Shown piece by piece: positions 1-7,827 of a stretch of 35,000 nucleotides of DNA. Below the pieces are notes generated by a model. The model had not been told where the DNA came from and did not search any database. It saw only the letters and a list, made by a program, of their open reading frames with translations. Numbering within the stretch: position 1 is the stretch's first letter; every line of letters starts with the position of its first letter. Origin of the DNA: Nanobdellota archaeon (GTDB lineage Archaea > Nanobdellota > Nanobdellia > SCGC-AAA011-G17 > ARS1403). Made by a program: the position numbers and the translations under genes. The stretch lies in the NCBI GenBank assembly GCA_018831025.1, contig JAHJRB010000015.1:1-35000 (forward strand), written 5' to 3'.

Positions 1-69
1 ATTTTATTAATTTTATTAGCTATTGTTATTTGGTTAGCGATTAAAAAGGTGATAGAAAATGCTTTCTAA
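1..69 (+). CDS. 3' end of a small hydrophobic (single TM helix) protein, truncated by the window edge
   Basis: Frame 1 reads ILLILLAIVIWLAIKKVIENAF* with the stop at 67-69. It resembles the helix plus short tail of the small pilin-like ORFs at 907-1053 and 2544-2732. Confidence 0.3.
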   Translation: MLLILLAIVIWLAIKKVIENAF

Positions 70-910
70 GAAAGGAGAGAGTGCCTCTTATATGGGAGGA
101 AAAACAACAGATATTATCTTAGCTTTAATAGCATTGAGTGTTATTGGATTAGTTCTTTTTGGGTTTTTTGGAAATAGTGATTTTTTTAGTGAATTAACTT
201 GTAAAGTAACTGTTTATATGGCAGACCAAACTGAGAAAGCGCCTATAATAAAATATACACCTTTTACTTTTCCTATTATTTGCTCTACTAAAGATAAAGT
301 TATTGAAGAAGATAATAAGGATAAAATCATGTGGGAAATTGCTGATTATATGAGGAAATGCTGGAGCATGTGGGGAGAAGGAAATTTAAATCCTGCTGGT
401 AAAAATGTTTGGTTTAATGATGAGTTTAAATGTTTCAAATGCTATAGGTTGAGTTTTAATGATTTTGAAGGGATTATAGATGCAAATGAATGGGATGAAT
501 TCTTTAAGGATCCTGAGAAAAGAGTTAAAGGAAGCGACCTAGACTTTTATAATTATTTTAAAGGGAATATATTACTTGGAACTGATGATGAAGGCAATTT
601 TGTTATTGAGAAAGATAAGTATTATGGTGTTACTTTTGTTGAGCATATAGAGAAAGATAGATGGGGAAGATATGTAGCAACAGCGACTACGGGGGCGACC
701 GTTGTTGGAGGAGCATGTATGTTTGTTGTTGGTGTTGGATGGATTGCTAGTCCTCTTTGTGTTTTAGGTGGAGGCGCATTAGGAGCCGGAGCTGCAGCTA
801 TTGAACAGTTTATTGATAAGATTTCTAGTTTGATAGTTGGAGAAGATAAAGATATAATAATGCTTTCAAGATATGAAGATGTTAAAAAATGCGGAGGATA
901 TATTGAATGA
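59..910 (+). CDS. hypothetical membrane protein, Cys-rich ectodomain, Gly/Ala-rich C-terminal TM segments
   Basis: 283-aa ORF with an AGGTGAT Shine-Dalgarno 8 nt upstream. It has an N-terminal TM helix (DIILALIALSVIGLVLFGFF) and a C-terminal hydrophobic G/A-rich region. I recognise no family. Confidence 0.6.
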   Translation: MLSKKGESASYMGGKTTDIILALIALSVIGLVLFGFFGNSDFFSELTCKVTVYMADQTEKAPIIKYTPFTFPIICSTKDKVIEEDNKDKIMWEIADYMRKCWSMWGEGNLNPAGKNVWFNDEFKCFKCYRLSFNDFEGIIDANEWDEFFKDPEKRVKGSDLDFYNYFKGNILLGTDDEGNFVIEKDKYYGVTFVEHIEKDRWGRYVATATTGATVVGGACMFVVGVGWIASPLCVLGGGALGAGAAAIEQFIDKISSLIVGEDKDIIMLSRYEDVKKCGGYIE

Positions 911-1053
911 AAAAAGGAGAATTTGCCTTGAGTAATGTTGCGGGATTATTGCTTGTTTTATTAGCGGCTCTTGTTTTAATATTGTTTATCTATCTTCTTA
1001 GAGATAAAATTAAAGAGATGATAGATATTATGAAAAGCATTTTTGGATTATAA
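907..1053 (+). CDS. small (48 aa) class III signal peptide / pilin-like protein
   Basis: Absent from the ORF track. Its ATG overlaps the upstream TGA (ATGA) and a GGAGGAT SD lies upstream. Translation: MKKGEFALSNVAGLLLVLLAALVLILFIYLLRDKIKEMIDIMKSIFGL*. Confidence 0.5.
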   Translation: MKKGEFALSNVAGLLLVLLAALVLILFIYLLRDKIKEMIDIMKSIFGL

Positions 1054-1055
1054 AA

Positions 1056-2063
1056 ATGGCAGAAGGAGAAGGGATGGGTATTGGAACTTTGGTTAATGCT
1101 ATTGTGATTTTTTTAGTTATAATCGGGGTTATTTGGGTTCATGGAGAAATGTTCGGGGGTTCTAGGAAAGCGTTAGAAGAGTTTTTTGATTTAGGTGAAA
1201 TAAAAAATGTTGCTCAGGATGTTTTTAGTACAGAAAGAGATATTACTTTAAATACTACTCATATAATTGCGGATAAAATTGTAGAATTATTAATGGTGAA
1301 GGAGAATGATTGTTTGATCAATTTAGATTTTAGCGGTTTTGATGATAGTTTTGTTGTTGAGTTTAAAGAAAGTACAACTGGAAATAGTTTGCTGGAAGTT
1401 TCTAAAGGAAGAGTTGCTGTGCAAAGAAGATTGACAAATAATGTATTTTTTATGAATTCAAGAAATTTTAAAATTAAAGAATTTGATAAAATTGAAATTA
1501 ATGGGATAGAATACCCTGTAAAAATTGGGGATAAAATAATCTTATTTAAAGATATAAATTCAAATTTTTATTTCTATGCGGGAAATGAATTGGCAGCAAT
1601 TAGAAATACTAAATTGAGTTGTGGACAGAAAAAAGTATCTGATCAATTGGCTCAACAGAGAATCGAGGGAGGAATAGGTTCAGTAGAATATTATCTTTCT
1701 ATGATGCAAGTTTATTACAATGATGGAAAATATGATAAGGTGCTTGATGCTTATTATTCTCTTTATAGAGGTTCTGAACAAGGAACTTTGGTTGTTAGTG
1801 CTGAACAATTGGAAAAGATGAATACATTATGGATAAATAGTGTTAATCAAATGGGTTCTGGTGCGCGGTATTTATGTGAAGATAAAAATGGAGTTTTTAG
1901 ATGCTTTGATTTTTCATATTATGAATATACAACCAATCTTAGAAATGGTATACTACAAAATTGTAAAGATGAAATTTTAATCCCGGTATCTATTAAGTAT
2001 GGTAATTTGGAAGATTGTGAAAAAGAAAGATTAACTAAGATAGGAATTTTACCAAGAATTTGA
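1056..2063 (+). CDS. hypothetical N-terminally anchored protein
   Basis: 335-aa ORF starting 2 nt after the previous stop, with an N-terminal TM helix (GTLVNAIVIFLVIIGVIWV). I recognise no domain. Confidence 0.6.
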   Translation: MAEGEGMGIGTLVNAIVIFLVIIGVIWVHGEMFGGSRKALEEFFDLGEIKNVAQDVFSTERDITLNTTHIIADKIVELLMVKENDCLINLDFSGFDDSFVVEFKESTTGNSLLEVSKGRVAVQRRLTNNVFFMNSRNFKIKEFDKIEINGIEYPVKIGDKIILFKDINSNFYFYAGNELAAIRNTKLSCGQKKVSDQLAQQRIEGGIGSVEYYLSMMQVYYNDGKYDKVLDAYYSLYRGSEQGTLVVSAEQLEKMNTLWINSVNQMGSGARYLCEDKNGVFRCFDFSYYEYTTNLRNGILQNCKDEILIPVSIKYGNLEDCEKERLTKIGILPRI

Positions 2064-2148
2064 TAAAAAGCATTTATAGAAAACTTTAAATATAAACCAA
2101 ATAATTTAAATAGTAATTAATATTATTAAAATCCAAAGGTGATAATAA

Positions 2149-2529
2149 ATGAATAAAAGAGGTCAAGGTGGACTTTCTATGGATACCATAGTTGTGGCTA
2201 TTATTGCGATTATTGTTTTATTATTAATTGTTACTTTCTTTACTGGTGGTTTAGGAACTATCGGTCAAAAGATTACTGATGTATTTCAAAAAGGGACAGC
2301 AGGATATGATATAGATTTGGCTGTAAAGAACTGTGAAGATTATTGTGCTAGAGCTCAGAGATTGACAGGAGATCCCGCATTGAGAGCAAGTGCTTATTGT
2401 ACACAAACTTTCGATATTGATTTGAATAGGGATAACCAACTTTTGGATGCTGAAAAAGGTCTCAAATGCTATGGTGCTAAATCTGTCCCGGGTGTTAGTT
2501 GCTCTGGAGTAACCTGCCCTGCTACTTAA
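2149..2529 (+). CDS. type IV pilin-like protein (class III signal peptide), Cys-rich; candidate major subunit
   Basis: N-terminus MNKRGQGGLSMDTIVVAIIAIIVLLLIV. An AGGTGAT SD lies 7 nt upstream, TATA-like elements lie at 2071-2095, and a T-run follows the stop. Confidence 0.7.
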   Translation: MNKRGQGGLSMDTIVVAIIAIIVLLLIVTFFTGGLGTIGQKITDVFQKGTAGYDIDLAVKNCEDYCARAQRLTGDPALRASAYCTQTFDIDLNRDNQLLDAEKGLKCYGAKSVPGVSCSGVTCPAT

Positions 2530-2542
2530 TTTTTTTTCTTTT
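2530..2542 (+). terminator. oligo-T tract after the candidate major pilin gene (possible partial terminator)
   Basis: The sequence ttttttttcttttc starts directly after the TAA at 2527-2529. Archaeal terminators are oligo-T runs. Confidence 0.35.
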
Positions 2543-2543
2543 C

Positions 2544-2732
2544 ATGAATAAAAAAGGTTTGGCTTGGGGTATGATTGTAACTGCCATAATTGCGATACTT
2601 GTCTTAGTTATTCTTGTTTGGATTTTTAGAGAACAATTAACTGGAATTTCTGAACAGTTTTTAAACGTTATAAAACAAACTAGTGCAAGTTCTAAGGATT
2701 TTAGTGAAGAAATTAAAAATTTAAATCCTTAG
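2544..2732 (+). CDS. small (62 aa) pilin-like protein (class III signal peptide)
   Basis: This uses the internal ATG of track ORF 2499-2732 and gives MNKKGLAWGMIVTAIIAILVLVILVWIF. The 5' extension from 2499 overlaps the preceding gene and lacks the motif. Confidence 0.6.
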   Translation: MNKKGLAWGMIVTAIIAILVLVILVWIFREQLTGISEQFLNVIKQTSASSKDFSEEIKNLNP

Positions 2733-2780
2733 TAAAATAAAGAAAAATTATATAAAGTTTCTAAGTTAAGATTGTTGAGT

Positions 2781-3266
2781 ATGGGAGACGTTAGTTTAAA
2801 TTATACTGTTACTTTAATTTTAACTTTAATAGCAATTCTTACTTTGGGGGGATGTGTGTATAAAATTTATTATCCTAATTGTGATCCTCAAGCAGTTGAT
2901 AAGTTTAATGAGTTTACTACTTTATTTGAAAGTTGTTTAAATGGTAATTGCGGAGAATTTAATTTTCAAGACATTCCTGAAGGGCATAAGATTGTTTTAA
3001 AATCAAGCGGAACTATTACAGATATAAGATTGAATTGTGGAGGGAGATTTAGTAGTAAACTCAACCAAGCTTATAATGTTGGTTTGTGTACTTATCGTTT
3101 TGGGAAAGATTCATCGGAAAATATAGGAGAGTTTGATATCAGCTATAGTTTAATAGATAGTTTATATTCTTTTAATGGAAATATTAAAATTAGAAAAACC
3201 GAAAATAAAATTTGTATGGATAAAAAAGAAGTTGAGTATAGGTCGGTTATACCGACGCTGAGGTAA
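2781..3266 (+). CDS. hypothetical N-terminally anchored, Cys-containing protein
   Basis: ATG at 2781 (the track starts at TTG 2772). A TATA-like TTATATAA at 2748-2755 lies about 30 nt upstream. TM helix YTVTLILTLIAILTLGG. Confidence 0.55.
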   Translation: MGDVSLNYTVTLILTLIAILTLGGCVYKIYYPNCDPQAVDKFNEFTTLFESCLNGNCGEFNFQDIPEGHKIVLKSSGTITDIRLNCGGRFSSKLNQAYNVGLCTYRFGKDSSENIGEFDISYSLIDSLYSFNGNIKIRKTENKICMDKKEVEYRSVIPTLR

Positions 3267-3267
3267 T

Positions 3268-3648
3268 ATGAATAAAAGAGGTCAAAGTTTAATACAAGTT
3301 GAGACTATAGAATATGTTTTATTGGTTGCTATAGCAATAATGTTGTTTTTTTTATTAAATACAGCAATTGGTATGGAGAAATTTAATGGATTAAGAGCAG
3401 ATGATTTGGCTTTGACTATAAATTCTGTATTTATTCCAAAAGGGAATGTTGCGATTGATTATGAAATGGGAGAAGAAGGCAGGGAGATTAAATTTTATGA
3501 GGGAATTGTTGGAACTTATATTGACGACCCCATTAGAGAAAGTAAAAATTTAGTTTTAGTAGATAGTAATTATATTTTTGAAAGAAGAAATATGAATACT
3601 AATTTGTTGGAAATTACAAAGCAAGGGGATAAGGTTACTGTAAGATGA
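3268..3648 (+). CDS. type IV pilin-like protein (class III signal peptide)
   Basis: N-terminus MNKRGQSLIQVETIEYVLLVAIAIMLFFLL with a GAGGT SD upstream. The first 18 nt are identical to those of the gene at 2149. Confidence 0.7.
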   Translation: MNKRGQSLIQVETIEYVLLVAIAIMLFFLLNTAIGMEKFNGLRADDLALTINSVFIPKGNVAIDYEMGEEGREIKFYEGIVGTYIDDPIRESKNLVLVDSNYIFERRNMNTNLLEITKQGDKVTVR

Positions 3649-4058
3649 ATAAAAAAGGAGGGAGTACATTAGCTAGTAAATCTGGGTTTTATATTATATT
3701 TTTAATACTCTTTACCTTTGCTGTTTTGTACTCTGTTAAATTTATAGAAGATAAAGAAGTAAGAAGAGTTGATTTTTTTCAGTTAGAAGATAGTGTTGTT
3801 ATTAATAGAGTTATTAGTTGCGTATCTAATGATAATTTTGGAGAAATAGATGTAAATAAATTTAATGAAATTGAATTGAGAAAATGTTTGACTAACACTA
3901 ATTTTAATTTTATTATAATGTTGGATACGGTGGATGATCAAAAAATAGTTTCCATTGGAGATGTTGGTCTTGATTATAGGAGCATAGGCAGGTATGTCTT
4001 AGTTGATAATAAAAAAGCTAGAATAAGAGCGGGGTATAGTAAAAATGTTCCCGAGTGA
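3645..4058 (+). CDS. type IV pilin-like protein (class III signal peptide)
   Basis: N-terminus MNKKGGSTLASKSGFYIIFLILFTFAVLY. ATGA overlap with the upstream stop. Confidence 0.7.
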   Translation: MNKKGGSTLASKSGFYIIFLILFTFAVLYSVKFIEDKEVRRVDFFQLEDSVVINRVISCVSNDNFGEIDVNKFNEIELRKCLTNTNFNFIIMLDTVDDQKIVSIGDVGLDYRSIGRYVLVDNKKARIRAGYSKNVPE

Positions 4059-4476
4059 TGTGAAGGATTTAATTACAGCATTTGTTTTGATAGTGATATT
4101 AGTAGCAGGAAGTGCTATTTATCAGACGCTTTATAAAACGGATGAAGTCTTAAAAGAAATTAAAATTAATGATGAACAAGATTTATTTTCTTTGAATTAT
4201 TTGAAAACTAAAATTAGTGATGGAAGTTTAATTAGCGAGTTAATCATTGAATCTGAAAATAATGATGGTGCGTTTGAAACCTTAAAAGATGGAACTGAAG
4301 AGATAATGAATTTTGCATTTGTTGAAGAATATAGCGTAATTATTCTATATCCAACTATTGAAAAAAAATTCGGAGAAGATAATTTTGAAAGATATACTGA
4401 GTTAAAGTTATTTGATAAAGATGAAGAAATGATTTTAGTGAAGGTAGGAGTAAGATTTAAGGAGGGATGGGTGTGA
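4045..4476 (+). CDS. hypothetical N-terminally anchored protein
   Basis: 143-aa ORF overlapping the upstream gene by 14 nt. TM helix LITAFVLIVILVAGSAIY. Confidence 0.55.
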   Translation: MFPSDVKDLITAFVLIVILVAGSAIYQTLYKTDEVLKEIKINDEQDLFSLNYLKTKISDGSLISELIIESENNDGAFETLKDGTEEIMNFAFVEEYSVIILYPTIEKKFGEDNFERYTELKLFDKDEEMILVKVGVRFKEGWV

Positions 4477-5705
4477 ATAAAAAAGGTGTTTATTTTGCAA
4501 GTTTTAGTATTTTATTAGTTATCTTTATGATTATAGGTTACAGTTTTGTTAATGATAGAAAAGAAGCTGAGGCAGGGATAGATGATTTGGGAAAATTTAG
4601 CGTTGGTTTAATTACTTCTAATTTTAATGTTGAGAAATTAAGATTTGAAATTGAAGAGGCGATAAAAATTTCTAAAGAATTAGCTTTAAAAAATATTAAA
4701 GATAATGCGGGGGTTTATGATAAGATTAATTGTGGATTAAATGGGGATTACATAGTTTTAGGAACTGGATGTGATTATTTAAATCCTGAAGAGAATTTTT
4801 ATCATTATTTCAACGATAGTTTTGACAGAACCTTAAAAGGAATAGATCCAAAGTTTAACTCTGATGAATTTAATATTGAAATTTTAAATAATGGTTTAGA
4901 TGTAAAAGGGACTAAAAGAGTTTCATTAGATATTACTAAGGAGATTAAGTCTACAACTAAAAAAACTGTAACTGAAAAAGACTCTTTTAAATTTGATGAA
5001 AAATTAAATTCTGAAATATTGTCTTATATTGAAAGATATAGTCAAGAGTATAATGTACCTGAAGATTTGGTTAAAGCAGTTATAATTAAAGAATCTGGAG
5101 GAAATATTAATGCTGTTGGTTCCAATCCGGATAGTACTGATTATGGATTAATGCAGATAAATAGTAAAGCACATCCTGATTGGTTTGATGGGAGTAGGGG
5201 ATGTAGAGTTAATGAAGATGTTAGTTGTAATATTAAAGCAGGTACTGAAATATTAAAATCAGGTTATGATCGATTTAAGGATGGTAAGACATATACATGC
5301 ACTGGTAAGACTTATACTAACTGGGAAGCTGCTTTGAGAGCTTATAATGGATGGGGATGCTTAAACTTGGATTATGTTGAGAGCGTTTTATCTTTACTAG
5401 GTGAAGAGATTTCTACTTATATTACCCAAGATACTGAAGTTTATAGAGAGAACGTAGGTTATATCGAACTAGATTTAGATTATCATGAAGAGGTAGGCTA
5501 TAATTTTAGAAATATTAATGATGCTATTTTAAGGGGGAGAACTATTAAAGATTGTGTTAATAATGGAGAAGATGTCTTTGTTTGTGCTAGTAGAGAAAAT
5601 GACCTTTTTTTCATTTTTAATGCAAGGATTGAAGGAAACGTGATTAAATTTGATGTTGAAGAGCTAGAAACTGGGGATATAATTAAATTTGCGCTAAATA
5701 TATAA
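4467..5705 (+). CDS. pilin-like N-terminus fused to a lytic transglycosylase (SLT, lysozyme-like) domain
   Basis: The N-terminus (M)GVNKKGVYFASFSILLVIFMII gives MNKKG if GTG 4473 is the start (GTGA overlap, GGAGGGAT SD). SLT motifs are E-S (KESGGN, 5091-5096), GLMQI (about 5145-5159) and AYNGWG (about 5339-5356). Confidence 0.8.
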   Translation: MGVNKKGVYFASFSILLVIFMIIGYSFVNDRKEAEAGIDDLGKFSVGLITSNFNVEKLRFEIEEAIKISKELALKNIKDNAGVYDKINCGLNGDYIVLGTGCDYLNPEENFYHYFNDSFDRTLKGIDPKFNSDEFNIEILNNGLDVKGTKRVSLDITKEIKSTTKKTVTEKDSFKFDEKLNSEILSYIERYSQEYNVPEDLVKAVIIKESGGNINAVGSNPDSTDYGLMQINSKAHPDWFDGSRGCRVNEDVSCNIKAGTEILKSGYDRFKDGKTYTCTGKTYTNWEAALRAYNGWGCLNLDYVESVLSLLGEEISTYITQDTEVYRENVGYIELDLDYHEEVGYNFRNINDAILRGRTIKDCVNNGEDVFVCASRENDLFFIFNARIEGNVIKFDVEELETGDIIKFALNI

Positions 5706-5720
5706 AAGAATTACAATAAT

Positions 5721-5729
5721 TTTTTATAC
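5721..5729 (+). promoter_or_regulatory. TATA box for the RPA-like gene
   Basis: TTTTTATAC lies about 27 nt upstream of ATG 5752 with no SD between them, implying a leaderless or very short leader mRNA. Confidence 0.45.
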
Positions 5730-5751
5730 TACATCTTAATTCTTAGTTATT

Positions 5752-6750
5752 ATGCTATTTGGGTTAACTTATGAGGAAATTATTGATAAGATAAAGGAAA
5801 AAGGTCTAGAGCAAGGAGAGATTGAAAGAAAAATAAAAGAAAAAATGTCTCAACTTTCTGGTCTTATTTCTAAAGAAGGTGCTGCCCAAATTATTGCTAA
5901 TGAACTTGGCATTAAGATTTTTAGAGAGGTTGGAAAAATAAAAATAGGTGAGGTTAGAGCAGGAATGAGAGATATAGAGATAGATGGGAAAGTGGTTAAT
6001 GTTTATGACGTTAGGGAATTTAAAACTGAGAAAAGACAAGGAAAAGTTGCGAGTTTTATGATGGCTGATGAAACCGGACAGATGAGGATTGTTTTGTGGG
6101 ATGAAGGGCAAATAAAAAGAGTTGAAACCAATGAAATTAAAGAGGGAGTTATATTAAAAATAAAGAATACTTACTGTAGAAATAATAATGGGTTTAAAGA
6201 AATTCATTTGAATGCAAGGTCTGAGATTATTTTGAATCCACCTAATGTGGAGATTGGAGAAGTTAAAACAAATAATGTCGTTTTTGAGTTTAAACCTAAA
6301 AAAATTTCAGAGTTAAATGAAAATGATAGGAATGTTATTTTAAGGGGAACAATTGTTCAGCTTTTTGATCCTAGATTTTATGAAGTATGTGGGCAGTGTG
6401 GCAAGAGAGTTGTAATGGAGAATGGAAACTTTAAATGTGTAGATCATGGAGAAGTTAATGTTAATTATGCTGCAGTTCTTAATTTCTTTTTGGATGATGG
6501 GACAGAGAATATTCGAGTTGTTTGTTTTAGGAATGTTGCTGCTGATGTTTTAGGAATTTCTGAGGAAGAATTGGGTAAATTAAAAGATAGTCCGCAAGAT
6601 TTTGAAAATTTAAAGAATAATATTTTAGGAAAGCAATTGGAAGTTAGTGGAAGGGGGACGATGAATGAAATGTTCAATAGATTAGAATTCATAGGCAATA
6701 ACGCTGAAGAATTAAAGCCAGAGAAAATTTTAGAAGAAAATGATGTTTAG
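5752..6750 (+). CDS. rpa: replication protein A-like single-stranded DNA-binding protein (OB folds plus C4 zinc ribbon)
   Basis: The N-terminal helical domain (EEIIDKIKEK...LISKEGAAQIIANELGI) and OB-fold segments are typical of archaeal RPA. A zinc ribbon CGQCGKRVVMENGNFKCVDHG is also present. Confidence 0.75.
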   Translation: MLFGLTYEEIIDKIKEKGLEQGEIERKIKEKMSQLSGLISKEGAAQIIANELGIKIFREVGKIKIGEVRAGMRDIEIDGKVVNVYDVREFKTEKRQGKVASFMMADETGQMRIVLWDEGQIKRVETNEIKEGVILKIKNTYCRNNNGFKEIHLNARSEIILNPPNVEIGEVKTNNVVFEFKPKKISELNENDRNVILRGTIVQLFDPRFYEVCGQCGKRVVMENGNFKCVDHGEVNVNYAAVLNFFLDDGTENIRVVCFRNVAADVLGISEEELGKLKDSPQDFENLKNNILGKQLEVSGRGTMNEMFNRLEFIGNNAEELKPEKILEENDV

Positions 6751-7201
6751 AACCCACTTTGTTTTTTCTTTATTAGTTGGTCTATATTTTTTAGATAGTT
6801 TTAATGGAAATAAATTTTTATTTTTATTTTTAATCTTGCTGTTTGGGAGCCTTGCTGATATTGATAATCCGAAATCTAAATTAGGAAAAAATTTCTGGTT
6901 TTTGTCTAAACCATTTAATCTTTTATTCGGTCATAGAAAATTATTTCATAGTTTATTAGTTCCTGTAATTTTAGGTTTAGCAGTCTGGTATTTATTTGAC
7001 AAATGGTGGATGCCTATTTTTTTAGGTTATAGCAGTCATGTATTGTTAGATGGGTTTACTTTAGAAGGAATTAATTTTATTTATCCTTTTAAACAATTAA
7101 GGTTGAGTGGATTTATTGAAACTGGAAAAAAAGAAGAGAGTTTTATTTTTTATTTATTTGTTTTAATTGATGCGATATTTATCTTTAGTATTCTGTTTTA
7201 G
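6740..7201 (+). CDS. membrane-bound metal-dependent hydrolase, YdjM/DUF457 family
   Basis: Matching segments are THFVFSLLVG, LADIDNP, FGHRKLFHSLL and SHVLLDGFT. The protein is polytopic and hydrophobic. Confidence 0.65.
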   Translation: MMFRTHFVFSLLVGLYFLDSFNGNKFLFLFLILLFGSLADIDNPKSKLGKNFWFLSKPFNLLFGHRKLFHSLLVPVILGLAVWYLFDKWWMPIFLGYSSHVLLDGFTLEGINFIYPFKQLRLSGFIETGKKEESFIFYLFVLIDAIFIFSILF

Positions 7202-7258
7202 TATTATATGGTTTAGAGTATAGTAAACTATTTAAGCTAATTAAATATAAGTTTCACT

Positions 7259-7393
7259 ATGATTAAAAATAATGGAAACTTTGATATTGATTTTGATGAA
7301 GATTTGATTTTTGAAGATGATGACATGTATGAAAGTGTTGATTTTGGTTTCTTAGATAGAAAGAAGACTAGGAATGTTTTCGTTGCTAGCTAA
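7259..7393 (+). CDS. possible 44-aa acidic micro-protein (uncertain)
   Basis: Absent from the ORF track. Translation: MIKNNGNFDIDFDEDLIFEDDDMYESVDFGFLDRKKTRNVFVAS*. There is only a weak TATA-like element upstream and no homology that I recognise. Confidence 0.25.
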   Translation: MIKNNGNFDIDFDEDLIFEDDDMYESVDFGFLDRKKTRNVFVAS

Positions 7394-7422
7394 ATTATGT
7401 TCTGTAAAATATATTTTAAACT

Positions 7423-7440
7423 CATCCGACACATCCGACA
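7423..7440. repeat. perfect tandem 9-mer CATCCGACA x2 followed by a GC-rich tract
   Basis: The sequence is catccgaca catccgaca then gacccgcgcagag (to 7453). It is strongly GC-rich against AT-rich flanks and abuts the TATA element at 7454. Confidence 0.6.
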
Positions 7441-7453
7441 GACCCGCGCAGAG

Positions 7454-7461
7454 TTTATAAA
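7454..7461 (+). promoter_or_regulatory. TATA box (TTTATAAA) upstream of the 7549-radA unit
   Basis: TTTATAAA lies at 7454-7461 and a second TTTTATATT at 7471-7479. The downstream gene has a GGAGGTG SD, so a leadered transcript is likely. Confidence 0.4.
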
Positions 7462-7548
7462 TGTTTATGCTTTTATATTGATTGAAATTTTAGAAAAATT
7501 CTAAGATTTCATTGAAAAAAATGCGAAAAGCAAACGGAGGTGTTTTGC

Positions 7549-7827
7549 ATGGTAGGTAATTTACCAATAAAAAAGTGGAGAGCTGGTTCTATAGAAGGAG
7601 TTGTTTGGTCTAACAAAAGAAATATCGAACGAGATGGGGAGAAAATGGAAGTTGAATTTAAAACAGTAACTTTGAGAAGGAGTTGGAAGGATAGAGACCA
7701 AAACATTTGGAGAGATGAGAAATTAAATTTAAGAAAACAGGACATTCCAAAATTGATGGTTATCCTGAATAAAATGCAGGAAGAACTATTTTTGAGTCAA
7801 AGCGAGGGAGGCGGTGATGATGAGTGA
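7549..7827 (+). CDS. small basic protein with an acidic C-terminal tail; possible PC4/YdbC-like ssDNA-binding protein
   Basis: ATG 7549 lies 7 nt after a GGAGGTG SD (the track starts at GTG 7540). The sequence has alternating beta-like segments ([33 protein letters not shown]), then a helix, then the tail SEGGGDDE. It overlaps the radA start. Confidence 0.6.
   Translation: MVGNLPIKKWRAGSIEGVVWSNKRNIERDGEKMEVEFKTVTLRRSWKDRDQNIWRDEKLNLRKQDIPKLMVILNKMQEELFLSQSEGGGDDE

Noticed and set aside
2499-2543. A 5' extension of the small pilin-like ORF (track start 2499, MLWSNLPCYLIFFLF...).
   Set aside because: The extension overlaps the end of the preceding gene and runs through the oligo-T tract. The internal ATG at 2544 gives the recurrent MNKKG class III N-terminus.
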